Shown one piece after another: positions 24,955-31,858 of a stretch of 31,858 bases of DNA. A program made the position numbers and the translations under genes. Position 1 is the stretch's first letter, and each line of letters starts with the position of its first letter. This DNA comes from a virus (taxonomy: Duplodnaviria; Caudoviricetes), in the IMG/VR virus record IMGVR_UViG_3300012952_000069, positions 1 to 31,858 of that record. One strand, 5' to 3'. The notes beneath the pieces are model-generated. The model was not told the origin of the DNA, did not search any database, and saw nothing but the letters and a program-made list of their open reading frames with translations.

Positions 24955-25101
24955 ATGGAATATTTACATAAATTTCTAGATTGGCATGAACAACAGGTAT
25001 ACAAATATATGGACTTCTTTAACATTAGTGAATACCACGCAATGTGGATATCATTTGGAAAAGGATTCCTCTTAGCATTATTACTAGTATGGATTTTTTA
25101 A
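24955..25101 (+). CDS. small membrane protein (48 aa, not in ORF track)
   Basis: AGGAG RBS; MEYLHKFLDWHEQQVYKYMDFFNISEYHAMWISFGKGFLLALLLVWIF. Confidence 0.7.
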   Translation: MEYLHKFLDWHEQQVYKYMDFFNISEYHAMWISFGKGFLLALLLVWIF

Positions 25102-25334
25102 AACGACAATTTTGGAACCTATGGTCATGGATAAAATCATTTTTCATGACACGTTACACTGTGTCTGTATCGTATAACGCCGAATGGGGTGACAAAGACG
25201 ATAGAGTTTATACTGGTGTAAGAAAGATAATCACGAAGAAAGAAAAATTTCTATCTTTCATTGATTCGGACAAGAGACCAGTGGAGATTCGTGGAGCCGC
25301 TGGACTCAATTATAAAATAGAGGTAGAAGACTGA
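25089..25334 (+). CDS. hypothetical protein
   Basis: Start likely ATG 25089 (MDFLKRQFW); TGATG-coupled to ACP. Confidence 0.65.
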   Translation: MDFLKRQFWNLWSWIKSFFMTRYTVSVSYNAEWGDKDDRVYTGVRKIITKKEKFLSFIDSDKRPVEIRGAAGLNYKIEVED

Positions 25335-25552
25335 TGTCAGTAGAAAAATTAATTGCAGACCATTTAGAACTTGATATATCAGAAGTCACAGATGATAAGC
25401 ATATCGTTGACGACTTGGGTGGTGATTCACTACACATTGTAGAGTTAGTTATAGGGTTTGAAACAGAATATGGTATAACGATTCCTGATGCGGATGCCGA
25501 AGAGTTAGTCACCGTAGGTGCTATAAAACAATATATTTCGGAGAATACATAA
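25334..25552 (+). CDS. acpP: acyl carrier protein
   Basis: 72 aa, acidic; DDLGGDSLHIVELV (phosphopantetheine Ser), EYGITIPDADAE..TVG. Confidence 0.93.
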   Translation: MSVEKLIADHLELDISEVTDDKHIVDDLGGDSLHIVELVIGFETEYGITIPDADAEELVTVGAIKQYISENT

Positions 25553-25935
25553 TGCAGAATTTATTAATTGGTCTTTTGGTTGCACTAGGATTGTTCAGTT
25601 ATTATATGTACAATCAGAATCAGACCTTGACTGCTAACAATATCAAGTTAGAAAGTGCAGTAGAAGAACAACAACAGGCTATGGAAGCCTTGAGAGAGTC
25701 ATATGAGAAACAAGGTAAATCTCTTATGAACATGAGTCGCAGAAATGCGGAAATAGAGGCAGAGAAAGCTGAATACTTAGCAATCTTTGCTAGACATAAT
25801 TTAGATATGCTTGCATTGAAAAAGCCAGGGTTGATAACCAACAGGTTTAACAATGGAAGTGAAAAAGTAATGGAGAGTATGGAAGATGATACAGAAGAAC
25901 TTTATAAGCTTACTGTTCCTGACAATAGCGATTAG
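25552..25935 (+). CDS. inner-membrane spanin (Rz-like)
   Basis: N-terminal TM then long coiled coil, KPGLI; overlaps a lipoprotein gene. Confidence 0.75.
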   Translation: MQNLLIGLLVALGLFSYYMYNQNQTLTANNIKLESAVEEQQQAMEALRESYEKQGKSLMNMSRRNAEIEAEKAEYLAIFARHNLDMLALKKPGLITNRFNNGSEKVMESMEDDTEELYKLTVPDNSD

Positions 25936-26407
25936 TGGTTGTTCACTGATACCAACGAAACAGATAGAAATATCTTCCAAACCAATTCAGATTGATATCA
26001 TGCAACCTGATTTACCACGTCCTGTTAATTTGACAGCACCTAAATGGTGGGTAGTATCAACAGCCAAGATAGCAAATCCATGCAGGAAGATAGTAAACGA
26101 AGAAGGTAAAGAAGTCAGACCAAAGGCATGTGCAAAAGAGGATACAGAAAATCCTGATTGGCCTGACGGTTATACATACCTAGATAGGTTCCTAGATGAA
26201 ATGAAGGAACAAAATAATGGTGAAGTATTGTTCGTTGCAACTACTATCGGTGATTACGAAATCATGGCAGAAGATATGCAAGAACTCAAAAGATATATCA
26301 ATCAATTAGGTGAAGTAATAATTTATTATCGTAATGTAACTATGCCCAACGGAGATAAAGGTGTGGGTGTAGGTGTGAAAAAGAATGACAAGACCAAAAA
26401 AGACTAG
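25886..26407 (+). CDS. outer-membrane spanin lipoprotein (Rz1-like)
   Basis: ISGC lipobox, Pro-rich linker, C-terminal helix ELKRYINQL. Confidence 0.75.
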   Translation: MIQKNFISLLFLTIAISGCSLIPTKQIEISSKPIQIDIMQPDLPRPVNLTAPKWWVVSTAKIANPCRKIVNEEGKEVRPKACAKEDTENPDWPDGYTYLDRFLDEMKEQNNGEVLFVATTIGDYEIMAEDMQELKRYINQLGEVIIYYRNVTMPNGDKGVGVGVKKNDKTKKD

Positions 26408-27143
26408 AGGATTCCAACCATTTCAAGTTAAGAAGACGCAGTTATTTCCAACTCCGTTTTATACCATGAGATTCGTATCAGACTACGAAGAGATAGTCAG
26501 AGATGTTCGTAGAGCAGTCAGTGTTAGTGAAAAAAAGTTTCCTAATGACCCTTCAAGAAACTACACCACCTATTTTGATAGGGAAACTCACCACGAATAT
26601 ATTTCAAACACAGAGTGGTGTAAAAATCTAGCAACCTCACTCAAAGACACTTACGTGGACTTAATGCACAAAGAATTCTTATTCAGTCCAAAAACCCTAA
26701 AACTATCAAGAGAAAAAGTACATTTGCACCTGTGGGTCAATAGATACACAGGAGACCACCAGCATAGTTACCATAATCATAAAGGTTCTAAGTTATCAGG
26801 AACATTCTATGTAAAGACAGGTCAACCATGTGCACCTATCATATTTGAGAGTCCTATGGAATATGCAAATCTGTTATTTGCTACACAGGACTGTGAGATA
26901 GAGGACGGTCAAATGGAACATAACGGTGTGCCTGCAGTACAACAAAGTATGAAGTTTCACCCAAGTGCAGGTGACGTTTGCTTGTGGCCTTCATATCTGT
27001 ACCACACTGTGCCACGCACACCCGACCAAGAAGAAAGAATATCTATCAGTTTTAATCTAGACCACCATTCAGACCTTGGTTTTGGATATTCAGACAGGGT
27101 ACTAGATAAACTAGACTACGGATTTTTACACCATGAACAATAG
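26385..27143 (+). CDS. 2OG-Fe(II) oxygenase (TIGR02466-like)
   Basis: LFPTP, WVN, HNH, SGTFYV, WPSYLYHTV, RISISFN. Confidence 0.88.
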   Translation: MTRPKKTRGFQPFQVKKTQLFPTPFYTMRFVSDYEEIVRDVRRAVSVSEKKFPNDPSRNYTTYFDRETHHEYISNTEWCKNLATSLKDTYVDLMHKEFLFSPKTLKLSREKVHLHLWVNRYTGDHQHSYHNHKGSKLSGTFYVKTGQPCAPIIFESPMEYANLLFATQDCEIEDGQMEHNGVPAVQQSMKFHPSAGDVCLWPSYLYHTVPRTPDQEERISISFNLDHHSDLGFGYSDRVLDKLDYGFLHHEQ

Positions 27144-27819
27144 AGTATACAGCAACGACACACTTTTTAGATTTAGTGAGAAACTAGAACCACGTATGGA
27201 AGACGGAGTTATCTATATTGATAATCTATACGAAAACCCTGAAGCAGTATACGACTGGTTAGAGAAACAAGACTTACCACTATGGAAGTATAGTGAAGAG
27301 AGACAATCAAGAAATACGCAGGACTATCTCGACTGCAGAGTGATACACAAAATAGGATTCCCTACAAGATTGTATGCCAATCAAATGCAGATGTTGACTA
27401 ATATCTGTAGACAACATTGGTGGAATGGTAATTACAGGTGGGACGAGTGTTATGAGTTTAATGCATTCCAATCATTAGAAAACCATGATAAAACAATACA
27501 ACACTATCCACATATTGACAGTGCACTAGACGCCCTTGATAGAAACTCAGTGATAAATTGTATCGTATACATGGACAAGGAAGCAAACGGTGGTACTGCT
27601 ATATACGAAGGCACATGGGTCACAAATGAAGAAGAAAAGAATTTATTATATCCTGTAGAAGAACTATTTGATATCAAAAAAGTCATACCTGCAGAATTTA
27701 ATAGACTAGTCATGTTTCCTGGCAATCAATTGCATGGTGGATACATAGAGGATTACTCCAAATACATGGGTGATAGTTGGAGATATACTCAAGTAACATT
27801 TTTTCACCCTGAGAGATAA
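27133..27819 (+). CDS. 2OG-Fe(II) oxygenase-like protein (DUF6445-like)
   Basis: IDNLYENP, PHID, GGTAIY, FNRLVMF, HG, RYTQVTF. Confidence 0.78.
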   Translation: MNNRVYSNDTLFRFSEKLEPRMEDGVIYIDNLYENPEAVYDWLEKQDLPLWKYSEERQSRNTQDYLDCRVIHKIGFPTRLYANQMQMLTNICRQHWWNGNYRWDECYEFNAFQSLENHDKTIQHYPHIDSALDALDRNSVINCIVYMDKEANGGTAIYEGTWVTNEEEKNLLYPVEELFDIKKVIPAEFNRLVMFPGNQLHGGYIEDYSKYMGDSWRYTQVTFFHPER

Positions 27820-27821
27820 TT

Positions 27822-28037
27822 ATGCCTACAAAATATAAAGAAAGTGCAGTGAAAGTGGATAGAGCAACTAAGAAAGTTTCTATAGAACATTTCTATGTAA
27901 AACAGTTATCGCAGAAAGAAGCATTTGAACTGTTAAATAACGACAATACTAAACCAAAGGTCAAACGTAAAATACGTAATGAACTAGTGAGACGAGGTAT
28001 CAAGATTGTTAAAGTTCCTAAAACTCTCGATACTTAA
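27822..28037 (+). CDS. small basic conserved hypothetical protein
   Basis: 71-aa ORF, EHFY...KPKVKRKIRNELVRRG. Confidence 0.7.
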   Translation: MPTKYKESAVKVDRATKKVSIEHFYVKQLSQKEAFELLNNDNTKPKVKRKIRNELVRRGIKIVKVPKTLDT

Positions 28038-28038
28038 A

Positions 28039-28362
28039 ATGTTTTCAGAAAACCACTATCGCCCTCTACCAAAAGAGGTTATAATTAAACAGTCGGAGAT
28101 AGACGGATATGGCATTTTTGCAAAACAAGATATACCAAAAGATACAGAACTGGGTATTACTCACGTATGGGCGATGGGTAAGTGGATTAGAACCCCTCTT
28201 GGCGGTTTCATTAATCATTCTAATAATCCTAACGCAAAGGGCGTAATGAAGAATGCAGACGGAACCGACTACAGAGTTCTGACTATCATGAGAGATATCA
28301 AATCAGGTGAAGAAATAACATTCTTCTACACACTTAATGAATACCAAGGAGTATTTGCTTAA
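28039..28362 (+). CDS. SET-domain protein (putative lysine methyltransferase)
   Basis: Start likely ATG 28039; SEIDGYGIFAKQDI, GFINHSNNPN, RDIKSGEEITFFY. Confidence 0.88.
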   Translation: MFSENHYRPLPKEVIIKQSEIDGYGIFAKQDIPKDTELGITHVWAMGKWIRTPLGGFINHSNNPNAKGVMKNADGTDYRVLTIMRDIKSGEEITFFYTLNEYQGVFA

Positions 28363-29018
28363 TGGAAGTAAAATTAATAAACTATAGTCAAGCAGACGGT
28401 GATTATCTTATCGAAAGTACCAGTGCACAGGAAATGGTAGCCTTTTGTGCGAGAGTCAGTAACCCTGAAAACCAAATGAACAGTGAGACTAGTACAGGAT
28501 TGATAAAATATCTTATCAAACATAAACACTGGTCACCATTTGAAATGGTTAGTGCGTGTCTAGAGATAAAGACAACACGTGATATAGCCAGACAGATACT
28601 GAGACATAGGTCATTCTCATTTCAAGAGTTCAGTCAACGATATGCTGTTGCAACAGATTTTGAAACACGTGAAGCACGTATGCAAGACCCAGTCAATAGA
28701 CAAAACAGTATTGAAATTGGTGCAGAAATAGAAGAACGACAAATCCAAGAAGAATGGGATATGATACAGGACAACGTGATTGAGTTGACCAAAGCAGCCT
28801 ATAATCGTGCACTAGACCTAGGTATTGCAAAAGAACAAGCACGTGCGGTATTACCCGAAGGTCTTACTGCATCTACTATGTACGTCAACGGAACAATTCG
28901 TTCTTGGATACACTACATAGAACTACGCAGTGCCCACGGTACACAAAAAGAACACATGGAAATCGCACAGGAGATAGGAAGAGTAATCAGTAAAATATTC
29001 CCAGTAATCAATGAGTAG
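28362..29018 (+). CDS. thyX: flavin-dependent thymidylate synthase
   Basis: KHWSPFE, RHRSFSFQEFSQRY (RHRx7SxR), EQARAVLP, TQKEH. Confidence 0.97.
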   Translation: MEVKLINYSQADGDYLIESTSAQEMVAFCARVSNPENQMNSETSTGLIKYLIKHKHWSPFEMVSACLEIKTTRDIARQILRHRSFSFQEFSQRYAVATDFETREARMQDPVNRQNSIEIGAEIEERQIQEEWDMIQDNVIELTKAAYNRALDLGIAKEQARAVLPEGLTASTMYVNGTIRSWIHYIELRSAHGTQKEHMEIAQEIGRVISKIFPVINE

Positions 29019-29814
29019 AAAATTAAATCCAACTGTTATTATAGTCACTACTGGACTTGCTACAGAGAAGTCAAAGGACGCATTCTATAATGTGTTAGAA
29101 GACAAAGTTGCACATATCCACCAAGACCCTGACCTTGATTGGAAGACTGCATTGGCATATCATGACATAGAAAAATCAGGTATCGAGGCAGACTTCATTG
29201 AAGAAGGCACTGAGATAATACTGCTACAAGATAATGTGGTGCTACATGATAACTGCACACCTATACTCCAACAGGCAATTCCTGAAAAAGGTTCAACAAA
29301 ACCATTCTTGATAGAATATACAAGCAAATATGGTTTTGAGGTGGAGACAAAAATAAAAGAAAAGAATGAGGCACTTGCACCTGTAAGAGAACAGATAGAA
29401 GAGAATAACTATTCATATCTGAATTGTCCTATTGCGTGGTGGGAAGAAGAACCAAAGATATTTACAGGCCTTGTTGCATTTAGATATGGTGATACCAAAG
29501 AATTATATCAACCTGATACACAATATACTACCAGTGACGAGTTCTATTCTAATGAATTCAAGGGTGTTATCTGGCCAACAATAAAAGGTTCTGTTGTAAA
29601 TATACAAAATGACAATGGTAAGGAAGAGCAGTGGAAAGAGAGAATTATTCCTGAATTTCCGCAAGAGTTTAATCCAAGGGATAAGTTTGCTACTGCTATT
29701 GAATATAGTGAGGAAATGCATAAACCATTCTTCTCATTAGAAGACGGATTAAACCAACACGTAAGTATGGTATTCTTTGACAAATATACAAGAGTCGAAG
29801 GCATGCCCTTATAA
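29011..29814 (+). CDS. hypothetical protein
   Basis: 267-aa ORF overlapping the thyX end; no confident family. Confidence 0.65.
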   Translation: MSRKLNPTVIIVTTGLATEKSKDAFYNVLEDKVAHIHQDPDLDWKTALAYHDIEKSGIEADFIEEGTEIILLQDNVVLHDNCTPILQQAIPEKGSTKPFLIEYTSKYGFEVETKIKEKNEALAPVREQIEENNYSYLNCPIAWWEEEPKIFTGLVAFRYGDTKELYQPDTQYTTSDEFYSNEFKGVIWPTIKGSVVNIQNDNGKEEQWKERIIPEFPQEFNPRDKFATAIEYSEEMHKPFFSLEDGLNQHVSMVFFDKYTRVEGMPL

Positions 29815-29817
29815 ATA
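29810..29817 (+). promoter_or_regulatory. late promoter TATAAATA, 4 nt before ATG 29822
   Basis: Exact consensus. Confidence 0.7.
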
Positions 29818-29875
29818 TAACATGCGTAATATATTAATAATGACCCAGTGGAAACGCAGACACAATGCATAAACA

Positions 29876-30088
29876 ATGTATGACATGGGATTGATAACAC
29901 ATATGGAATGGTTAATTACATTATTTTACCTACCTGCTTATTTAATCGGGTGGGGTATATCAATCATCATATGGTGGTTCATACTATCATTTGCTTATAA
30001 GGCACTGATAGACTTATACGACCTATTCAAAGATTATAGGAAGGGTAAGAACAAAGACCATTTAGATGATGTCGATAACTATTATTAA
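29876..30088 (+). CDS. small membrane protein (start uncertain, possibly 29903)
   Basis: Long hydrophobic stretch, charged C-terminus. Confidence 0.6.
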   Translation: MYDMGLITHMEWLITLFYLPAYLIGWGISIIIWWFILSFAYKALIDLYDLFKDYRKGKNKDHLDDVDNYY

Positions 30089-30107
30089 TAACAACTAGGA
30101 GAATCTT

Positions 30108-30704
30108 ATGAAAAGATTTTTATTAATTGCTATGCTTTTCGCTATGCCTTTAACAACATATGCAGGAAGTGGAGTTTCAGTGGGAGTCGCCAGTGACTAT
30201 TTCTTTAGAGGAGTAAGTCAAACAGACCAACCACACGTTAATTTAACTGCAATCGGTGAATGGAACGGATTTCATGCTGGTGCATGGGTCGGTACAGTAG
30301 ACTTCGGTGACGAAGCAGACTACGAATATGACCTATTTGCAGGTTACAAAATGAATGTCATGGACAATATGTCAGTCGAACTAGGAGTAATCCAGTACAG
30401 ATATGACGCAGGTGACTATGAAATGGTAGAGGAAGTATTTGCTGGTCTTACCTACGGTGGATTATCCATACGTGGATTCCAAGATACAGATACTGATGAT
30501 ACCTATGCAGAACTAGGTCTTGACGTATCCAACATTGTACCAGTGCTAGACGTGAATCTATTATATGGATATCACGATGAGGATAATGATTTCTCAGCAC
30601 TAAGAGTCGGATATAATAATTTCTTTGCAGAAATTATGCTAGAAACTGTAATGGACGGACAGTCCATGGACAGCATATCAGTCGGTTATAATTATCATTT
30701 CTAA
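30108..30704 (+). CDS. outer-membrane beta-barrel, TorF/TIGR02001-like putative porin
   Basis: AGGAG RBS, Sec signal peptide, SDYFFRGVSQT, EYDLFAGY, C-terminal YNYHF (BAM signal). Confidence 0.85.
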   Translation: MKRFLLIAMLFAMPLTTYAGSGVSVGVASDYFFRGVSQTDQPHVNLTAIGEWNGFHAGAWVGTVDFGDEADYEYDLFAGYKMNVMDNMSVELGVIQYRYDAGDYEMVEEVFAGLTYGGLSIRGFQDTDTDDTYAELGLDVSNIVPVLDVNLLYGYHDEDNDFSALRVGYNNFFAEIMLETVMDGQSMDSISVGYNYHF

Positions 30705-30868
30705 TGACGATTGATTTAATTATTATTCACGTAGTTTTTATAGCAACCTGTGTAGGTTGTAGTTGGTATTGGGGACGCAAAGAAGGTGCCCAACGTGTAT
30801 TACAAATGTTAATAGACGACCAAGTAATAACACCACGTGATTTAGAGAGATATGTGCCTGACGAATAG
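30704..30868 (+). CDS. small membrane protein (54 aa, not in ORF track)
   Basis: TAATG-coupled; MTIDLIIIHVVFIATCVGCSWYWGRKEGAQRVLQMLIDDQVITPRDLERYVPDE. Confidence 0.65.
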   Translation: MTIDLIIIHVVFIATCVGCSWYWGRKEGAQRVLQMLIDDQVITPRDLERYVPDE

Positions 30869-30893
30869 GCACATATACTTTCTAAAAACCCTC

Positions 30894-30923
30894 TAGACGA
30901 TAACATTCCTGTTATTGTATAAT
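30894..30923 (+). promoter_or_regulatory. sigma70-type promoter
   Basis: TAGACG, 18 nt, TATAAT; ATG 6 nt downstream. Confidence 0.55.
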
Positions 30924-30929
30924 ATATAC

Positions 30930-31232
30930 ATGAGTTCAAATTGCATATCCCACCAAGAAGTGGCAAAAGTATTACACGCAGACCATAGCCCATACAAAAT
31001 GGGTACACTGGTCTATGGTACATACGAAGAAATAGAGGCATGGTGCGAGAAGAACGACATGTTTGTGGACAAATACCTAGACCATGTTAATCCTTCCACT
31101 CTATATAATACTGCAGAATGGGTAGGAACAGGTATATCAGACCCATTTAGTGTGAGTGTGCCATTTAATTATAGAGAAAATAGAGCAAAGGGTACATTTA
31201 ATACACGTGGGGTTAACCTAGATAAATGGTAG
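30930..31232 (+). CDS. hypothetical protein
   Basis: Start likely ATG 30930 (MSSNCISH). Confidence 0.65.
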   Translation: MSSNCISHQEVAKVLHADHSPYKMGTLVYGTYEEIEAWCEKNDMFVDKYLDHVNPSTLYNTAEWVGTGISDPFSVSVPFNYRENRAKGTFNTRGVNLDKW

Positions 31233-31372
31233 ACAAATGGCACGGTGGTAAAGGTAGTAAAAGACGCCCTGAGAAAGACGGTAAATATCAAGAGAATTGG
31301 GAGAAAATATTCGGTGACAAGAAAAAAAGAAATAAGCAAAGCGGAACTAGAAAACAGCAAAAGAATATTTAA
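31226..31372 (+). CDS. small basic peptide with GKGSxxRP...NWxxIF motif (48 aa, not in ORF track)
   Basis: MVDKWHGGKGSKRRPEKDGKYQENWEKIFGDKKKRNKQSGTRKQQKNI; motif recurrent in small phage ORFs. Confidence 0.65.
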   Translation: MVDKWHGGKGSKRRPEKDGKYQENWEKIFGDKKKRNKQSGTRKQQKNI

Positions 31373-31613
31373 ATCCGCAACACCCAAATATACTTTAGAC
31401 TGGTATATTAAATGGGTTGCGAGTATATTTGTACTGGGTGCAATGTCACTACGAGGAGTAGAAGGCATGGCATTATTCGATTTAGTATTGTCGATGATAG
31501 GTATATCACTATGGTTAGTGGTGAGTATATTATGGAAAGACCGTGCTCTGATATTATTAAATGGTGCAGGACTATTATTTCTCATACGTAATACAGTAGA
31601 ATATCTAACGTAA
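31314..31613 (+). CDS. small three-helix membrane protein (DUF6552-like)
   Basis: Start likely GTG 31314 after GGAG; DWYIKWVAS...LWKDRALILLN. Confidence 0.7.
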   Translation: MTRKKEISKAELENSKRIFKSATPKYTLDWYIKWVASIFVLGAMSLRGVEGMALFDLVLSMIGISLWLVVSILWKDRALILLNGAGLLFLIRNTVEYLT

Positions 31614-31858
31614 TGACCACCTATACCAAACTATATGATTTCTTTCCCGATGACATGTTTGCGGAGATACTTAACGCCGCCGAACAGGGTACAGAATACG
31701 CAAAAAAACACCCTGATTTACCTCTTATTATAGACATAGACACCTACAAAGACGGTCATATACACCAATACATAGACGAATACTTTGACAATCTAGGATA
31801 TAATACAGAACAATCCGTATGCAGACTCCAAGGAACATTGCCAGGCACGGAATATAAA
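31613..31858 (+). CDS. hypothetical protein, 3'-truncated (possibly another oxygenase)
   Basis: TAATG-coupled ORF open to the window end: MTTYTKLYDFFPDDMFAEILNAAEQG... Confidence 0.55.
   Translation, partial: MTTYTKLYDFFPDDMFAEILNAAEQGTEYAKKHPDLPLIIDIDTYKDGHIHQYIDEYFDNLGYNTEQSVCRLQGTLPGTEYK

Noticed and set aside
31245-31313. N-terminal extension of the last membrane ORF
   Set aside because: It overlaps the 31226 micro-ORF; GTG 31314 with an upstream GGAG is the more plausible start
90-31585. All minus-strand ORFs in the track
   Set aside because: They are antisense shadows of well-supported + strand genes, with S/F/L-rich composition and no motifs or RBS
1-31858. Stop-codon reassignment
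   Set aside because: Core genes are full length in code 11 and TAA, TAG and TGA all terminate genes

Overview
This is an AT-rich, gene-dense window with all credible genes on the + strand, from a T4-like (myovirus-type) phage. The host is probably an aquatic heterotrophic proteobacterium (inferred from iscU, a periplasmic-type cytochrome c, a beta-barrel porin and spanins). It starts inside the gp41 helicase. About 0.5-14.6 kb is a late-promoter [(C/A)TAAATA]-driven block. It contains a ligase-like nucleotidyltransferase, an HxGH nucleotidyltransferase/P-loop kinase fusion, modular charged proteins with T4-type capsid-targeting leaders and Glu-terminated linkers, structural genes and a PAP2 phosphatase. 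Next come gp61 primase, nrdA, nrdB and glutaredoxin. The last part is an accessory-metabolism block: five or more 2OG-Fe(II) oxygenases, cytochrome c, a Coq4-like protein, HAD nucleotidase, IscU, acyl carrier protein, a SET-domain protein, ThyX, a porin and a spanin pair. The best leads are (1) a putative head-packaged, protease-processed effector cassette with ligase, kinase, NTase and phosphatase activities, (2) pervasive leaderless mRNA architecture, (3) a ~200-nt structured non-coding region with an H-type pseudoknot upstream of iscU, (4) a respiration/Fe-S/ACP auxiliary module, and (5) strong avoidance of specific short motifs. Family names are from motif recognition and memory; no database searches were run.
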